DNA from: Eledone cirrhosa
Lineage: Eukaryota
Assembly: GCA_964016885.1 (NCBI GenBank)
Contig: OZ024750.1
Span: forward strand, 22,072,001-22,136,000
Direction of reading: 5' to 3'
DNA length: 64,000 bases
Positions 60,144 to 64,000 of this stretch are shown here, one piece after another (within the stretch, counting starts at the first letter, position 1; each line of letters starts with the position of its first letter). Position numbers and translations under genes: made by a program. The notes below the pieces were generated by a model that worked only from the letters and a program-made list of their open reading frames with translations, searched no databases and was not told the DNA's origin.

Positions 60144-63100
60144 CTATAGTCTGATGTAGAGTGAAGGCCCATTCACACGGGCCATTCTCGCCACTTTCAC
60201 CCATCTTTCATAGAAACGGCTGGGGTGCAGCACCTCTCTCTCCATCCTGATCCTTCTTCCGAAATGATATCGGAAGAAACGGACCAGTTGTTGGCCAGAG
60301 AGAAAGGTGCCCGACCTCAGTCCTTTCAGACGCGTCCACCATACAACCTCTTTCGCCATGGCTATTACGCACAGAAACACCGCCTCTGCTTCATCTTTGA
60401 AGGGGGGAGGCGGCTTGATCATTACAATAGACTCGGTGGTCAACCGGATCGGTCCCACCCTTGACAGCAGTTGTTCGACATAGCCCCACAGATCGGCTAC
60501 GCCCGAGCAGTGTACTAATGCGTGTGCAACGGTTTCCTCGTCGCACACGCATCTGGGACAGATCTTTTTGGCGGGGTCCCTACCCGGGCGCCCGTGTCTG
60601 TAGAGCCTTTCTCGAACGGGTAAAGCCCCTCGGTAGCACTGCCAGGCCAGGGACTTCTGGAAGTTGTCCATAGGTCCCGGGCTGAATGTCCTACCGAAAA
60701 GGCTGGCCAGTTCGTCCTCCTCCATGTCTAGGGCTTCTCCGAGGGCGTCGTCGCACCTGCTGCGTACCAGCCCTCTATAGAATGTTGCGGTGGAGTCTCC
60801 ACTGATAACCGGATCCGCCTGCCAGAGGGCGGTGAGCGCCTGGGCACACTCAGTGTGCCAGGCGCCCAGTTTTCTCGGTCTTTGCTTGACCCAGGATTGC
60901 AGCTCGGTGAGTGAGACGAGTCTGGGAAAGGTTCGTCTCACAAACGAGGCCCACACCGGTTGTCCGGTGAGGAATACGTAGAGGTGCCGTAGCCTTAATG
61001 CGTGTTTACGCATCATTAGCCACGGCATCCCCAGCCCTCCTTTCGAAGGGTGTTGACAGCAGATGGATCTCCTCACCATAGGAGCCCGCCTCTTCCAAAG
61101 GAATTGGAAGAGCGCGCGCTCCATCTTGGTGAGGGTTTCCCTTGGGCAGGGCACTACGGTCAGGCGGTAGTAGATGACGGACGCTATGTAGGTGTTCGCC
61201 ACCTCCGCCCGACCTTTCAGGGATAGTTTGCAACTGGCCCACTTCTGGGTCAGTGCAAACACTCTGTTCGTAACCTCCGCCCAGTTTTTCTCCACCTGGA
61301 GGTCCGGTCCGAACCAGACCCCGAGCAACTTCACCGGGCCCTCCGTCCAGCGTCCGACGACGCTATCGGAGGGCATCGGTCTGCCCCTCCACGTGCCGAG
61401 TTGCAAACCGATCGACTTGTCCCGGTTCAGCTTAGCCCCTGTGAACTTTTCGTACTCCTCCAGTAAGGTGCCGACCGCCTCGATTTCGGAGGCCGTCGAC
61501 ACCATTACTGTCACGTCATCGGCGTAGGCCGACACCGCTTTCCGCAATCCCGGTTCCAAAGGGATGCCCTGCAACAACTCCAACTTCCGCAGTAGTGGCT
61601 CGAGAGTCAATACATACAGAAGGGAGGAGAGAGGGCACCCTTGTCGGATGGACCGCGCGATTTTGAACGGCTCCGAGAGGTAGCCGTTCACCTTGACCCT
61701 AGAGCAGATGCGGCTGCTGTGCATAGCAGTGATCCAGCCCCTGAAAACGGCTCCGAAGCCTGCCGCCGCTAGCACCGCATCCAGGTAACCATGGTCGACC
61801 CTATCGAACGCCTTAGATTGATCCAAGTTGATCAGAGCCCCACCAAAGCCGGGTTCGTTCCCAACCCTCTCTATGATGTATCGCATGAGGTGGAGGTTGT
61901 CATGGATGGACCTGGACGGGATAGCGCATGTCTGCGCATCTCCCACCAGGTTGCCCACGACAAGCGCCAACCTCTTTGCTAGCACCTTGGCCAAAATCTG
62001 TAACTCTGTATTTAGCAGTGTTATGGGCCTGAAGTTACTTATTTCGTCCCCCTTGTTCTCGTCCTTCCTCACTAGCGTGACTACGCCCTTGGTCACAGTA
62101 CAGGGAATTCTCCCGTTCTGTTGCCAGTTGCAGTAGACCGCCTCGAGGAGATCGGGGAACAAGTCCGGCATAGCTAGATATAATTCGTAAGGAAGACCAT
62201 CGAGACCCGGGGATTTGCGTTTGCCGCATTGGCTCAGCACGTCCTCTATCTCAGCGGCCGAAATCGGCTCCTCGCAGGACTTCGCCTCCCTGTCCGAGAG
62301 GCGCGGCAGGCCGTCGAGGTATGGACCGAAGTCCACGTTCCCAACCGGCTCCCCGCCCCTCCCGAACAGTCGGGCAAAGTGCCTTTGAAAGGCCTCACAC
62401 ATCTGCTTAGGCTCAAGAATCGCCCGTCCATCCAGGTCTCGCAAAGACCGGATGGTGGATTTAGTTCCACTGTTGGCCTCTGTCACGCGGGCCCAGCTAA
62501 CAGCTTTGGTCCCCTCGTTCCCTAGAGCACGTATTTTACTTCGGACAACGCAGCCTTCGTGCTTCGCGTCGAAAAACTGGCTCAAAGCCGTTCTCGACGC
62601 TAGCACTCTGGCCACGTCGCCGCTTCTAATTGCCTCTTCTACTCTATCTATTAGCTCCCTTTCCTTCCTATTCCTATCCGCAGCTAGAACCTTACTAAAT
62701 TCTATCGAGACTACTCTAATCTCTCTCTTTAGAGATACCCACCACCTGCTGTTGACGATCGCTCCAGTCAACCGTTCCTTAACTAACGTACTAATCCGAT
62801 TCCTGTAGGCTCTACTTGCCGGCAAGGACAAGTTGAGCTTCCAGTAACCGGGGCCCTGTCTATGAGTTCTGTCAAGGTTGACCATGCAGGTCACTAATTT
62901 GTGGTCTGAATAGCCAACAATGCGCATTTTTGGACAACTTAAAAAGTCCTTATCCTTAATTCTAACTAAGAACCTATCTAGGTACGACCTAGATGATCCG
63001 CTACGATTTGCCCAAGTCCAGGTTGGCGCAGTCGGAAAATCTAGTCGATATCTATCGGCCAGGTCAAATCGACCGATTAACCCTTTGAGGCTATTACACC

Positions 63101-63581
63101 CCTCTCTATCGGGGCAGGCCCCTACGTAGTCCCAGCGTGCATCTAGGATACCATTCCAGTCCCCCACTAATAGCAAGGAGCGGGACGTCCCTAGAAAAGT
63201 TTCCAGACGATGGAAGAAGTCCGGCCGCATTGACCCGAAAGGGCCGTAGGCGGCTACCAACCTAAACGCTCCGCCTTTACCACTGCCAAGGTCCAGAACC
63301 ACTAGTCGACCCTCCGGGTCCAAATGTACCATCTGTGTTGCGAGACCCAGATGTTTTTGCAGCAGAACGACAACTCCACCCCCACCTCCAGGCTGACAGA
63401 GAGATGCGTGCATCTCAAAGTCATCAAAGGTGGGGGCCAGCTGTCGCACGCTGCTGATCCGGGCCTCGCAAATAACCATCACATCTATACGTTGTGACCT
63501 GAGGTCATTTAGAAGCATTGCTTGCTTCCAAGTTGAGCCCAGGCCACGCGCATTTAAACAGCCTACTCTTAGCATAGCCAT
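60144..63581 (-). CDS. Tx1/L1-clade non-LTR retrotransposon ORF2 (AP endonuclease, reverse transcriptase, C-terminal CCHC)
   Basis: Uninterrupted ORF with likely ATG at 63581. APE motifs LNARGL, GDWN, SYLDRF, SDHK; GPGYWKLN linker; RT motifs KSPGLDG, NFRPITLLN, LDQSKAFDRVDH, RQGCPLS, YADD; Zn-knuckle CPRC...ETVAHALVHC. Confidence 0.96.
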   Translation of the reverse strand: MAMLRVGCLNARGLGSTWKQAMLLNDLRSQRIDVMVICEARISSVRQLAPTFDDFEMHASLCQPGGGGGVVVLLQKHLGLATQMVHLDPEGRLVVLDLGSGKGGAFRLVAAYGPFGSMRPDFFHRLETFLGTSRSLLLVGDWNGILDARWDYVGACPDREGCNSLKGLIGRFDLADRYRLDFPTAPTWTWANRSGSSRSYLDRFLVRIKDKDFLSCPKMRIVGYSDHKLVTCMVNLDRTHRQGPGYWKLNLSLPASRAYRNRISTLVKERLTGAIVNSRWWVSLKREIRVVSIEFSKVLAADRNRKERELIDRVEEAIRSGDVARVLASRTALSQFFDAKHEGCVVRSKIRALGNEGTKAVSWARVTEANSGTKSTIRSLRDLDGRAILEPKQMCEAFQRHFARLFGRGGEPVGNVDFGPYLDGLPRLSDREAKSCEEPISAAEIEDVLSQCGKRKSPGLDGLPYELYLAMPDLFPDLLEAVYCNWQQNGRIPCTVTKGVVTLVRKDENKGDEISNFRPITLLNTELQILAKVLAKRLALVVGNLVGDAQTCAIPSRSIHDNLHLMRYIIERVGNEPGFGGALINLDQSKAFDRVDHGYLDAVLAAAGFGAVFRGWITAMHSSRICSRVKVNGYLSEPFKIARSIRQGCPLSSLLYVLTLEPLLRKLELLQGIPLEPGLRKAVSAYADDVTVMVSTASEIEAVGTLLEEYEKFTGAKLNRDKSIGLQLGTWRGRPMPSDSVVGRWTEGPVKLLGVWFGPDLQVEKNWAEVTNRVFALTQKWASCKLSLKGRAEVANTYIASVIYYRLTVVPCPRETLTKMERALFQFLWKRRAPMVRRSICCQHPSKGGLGMPWLMMRKHALRLRHLYVFLTGQPVWASFVRRTFPRLVSLTELQSWVKQRPRKLGAWHTECAQALTALWQADPVISGDSTATFYRGLVRSRCDDALGEALDMEEDELASLFGRTFSPGPMDNFQKSLAWQCYRGALPVRERLYRHGRPGRDPAKKICPRCVCDEETVAHALVHCSGVADLWGYVEQLLSRVGPIRLTTESIVMIKPPPPFKDEAEAVFLCVIAMAKEVVWWTRLKGLRSGTFLSGQQLVRFFRYHFGRRIRMEREVLHPSRFYERWVKVARMARVNGPSLYIRL

Positions 63582-63605
63582 GTTGGTGGTGAAGAGAAAA
63601 GGCAC

Positions 63606-64000
63606 TTACCTCTCTGCGTCCCGGGTATCGGGCTGCACAATTTCCATTAGGGTGGGGGATGGGTTGTTGGGTGGGGTGGTGGTTTGTGGAAGTGTGGGGG
63701 CATCAGTGTGTTGTGTGGTTGGGGAGCTTGGAGTTGTGAGGGTGTTTGGGGAGGGGGTGGGATAGTTTTTTAGGAGGACTCGGTTAATGGGCCCGACGCA
63801 GGGGGGACCCACGTCCTCTTTAAAATTGTTTTTTAAAGTTTTATAGGTGTCCTGTGGGGCCTTAATCATTTTGAGGTGGGGGAAATCCCCTGCCTGGGTG
63901 AAGTTAGGCCCTTGTGTTTTTATTAGATTGTTGTTGTACACAATGTTTAACAGTTTTTTGTTTCTTGTATTTATGTATGTGTATGCATGTTTTTGTTTTT
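63606..64000 (-). CDS. C-terminal part of ORF1 of the same LINE (continues beyond the window)
   Basis: Frame is open from the window edge to TAA at 63606-63608, has a Pro/Thr-rich end, and stops 24 nt before the ORF2 ATG. Confidence 0.7.
   Translation of the reverse strand, partial: KQKHAYTYINTRNKKLLNIVYNNNLIKTQGPNFTQAGDFPHLKMIKAPQDTYKTLKNNFKEDVGPPCVGPINRVLLKNYPTPSPNTLTTPSSPTTQHTDAPTLPQTTTPPNNPSPTLMEIVQPDTRDAER

Larger units (their letters stand above)
59848..64000 (-). mobile_element. Young Tx1/L1-clade LINE with 3' UTR, AATAAA and (TCTA)n end
   Basis: ORF1/ORF2 as above; 3' UTR 60143-59880; AATAAA on minus strand at 59887-59892; (TCTA)n at 59848-59878. Confidence 0.9.

Noticed and set aside
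60225-63765. Short plus-strand ORFs over the LINE
   Set aside because: Antisense shadows of a GC-rich ORF.

Overview
AT-rich, microsatellite-saturated animal DNA. The SINE/LINE repertoire and the (TA)n/(CA)n density suggest an octopod cephalopod (inference, not checked). The only convincing host coding sequence is a 3'-terminal exon of a fibrinogen-related-domain (FReD) gene (5141-5642, +). The rest is mobile DNA: an apparently intact Tx1/L1-clade LINE (ORF2 with APE, RT and Zn-knuckle plus the ORF1 C-terminus, minus strand, running off the window end), two R4/Dong-type RLE 3' fragments, several decayed RTE fragments, a CR1-type 3' fragment, a Helitron remnant, a TA-flanked MITE, two tRNA-derived SINE families and minisatellites. 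The most striking layer is invisible in the ORF track: many short non-coding elements, from several unrelated sequence families, that carry type I hammerhead ribozyme motifs (CUGANGA...GAAA...UH with pairing stems). They sit next to (TA)n tracts and often form long fold-back palindromes whose turning point lies in or near the ribozyme. This fits Penelope-like element termini or retrozyme-like RNAs. Nearly all other ORFs in the track are microsatellite artefacts. All coordinates and pairings were read by eye.
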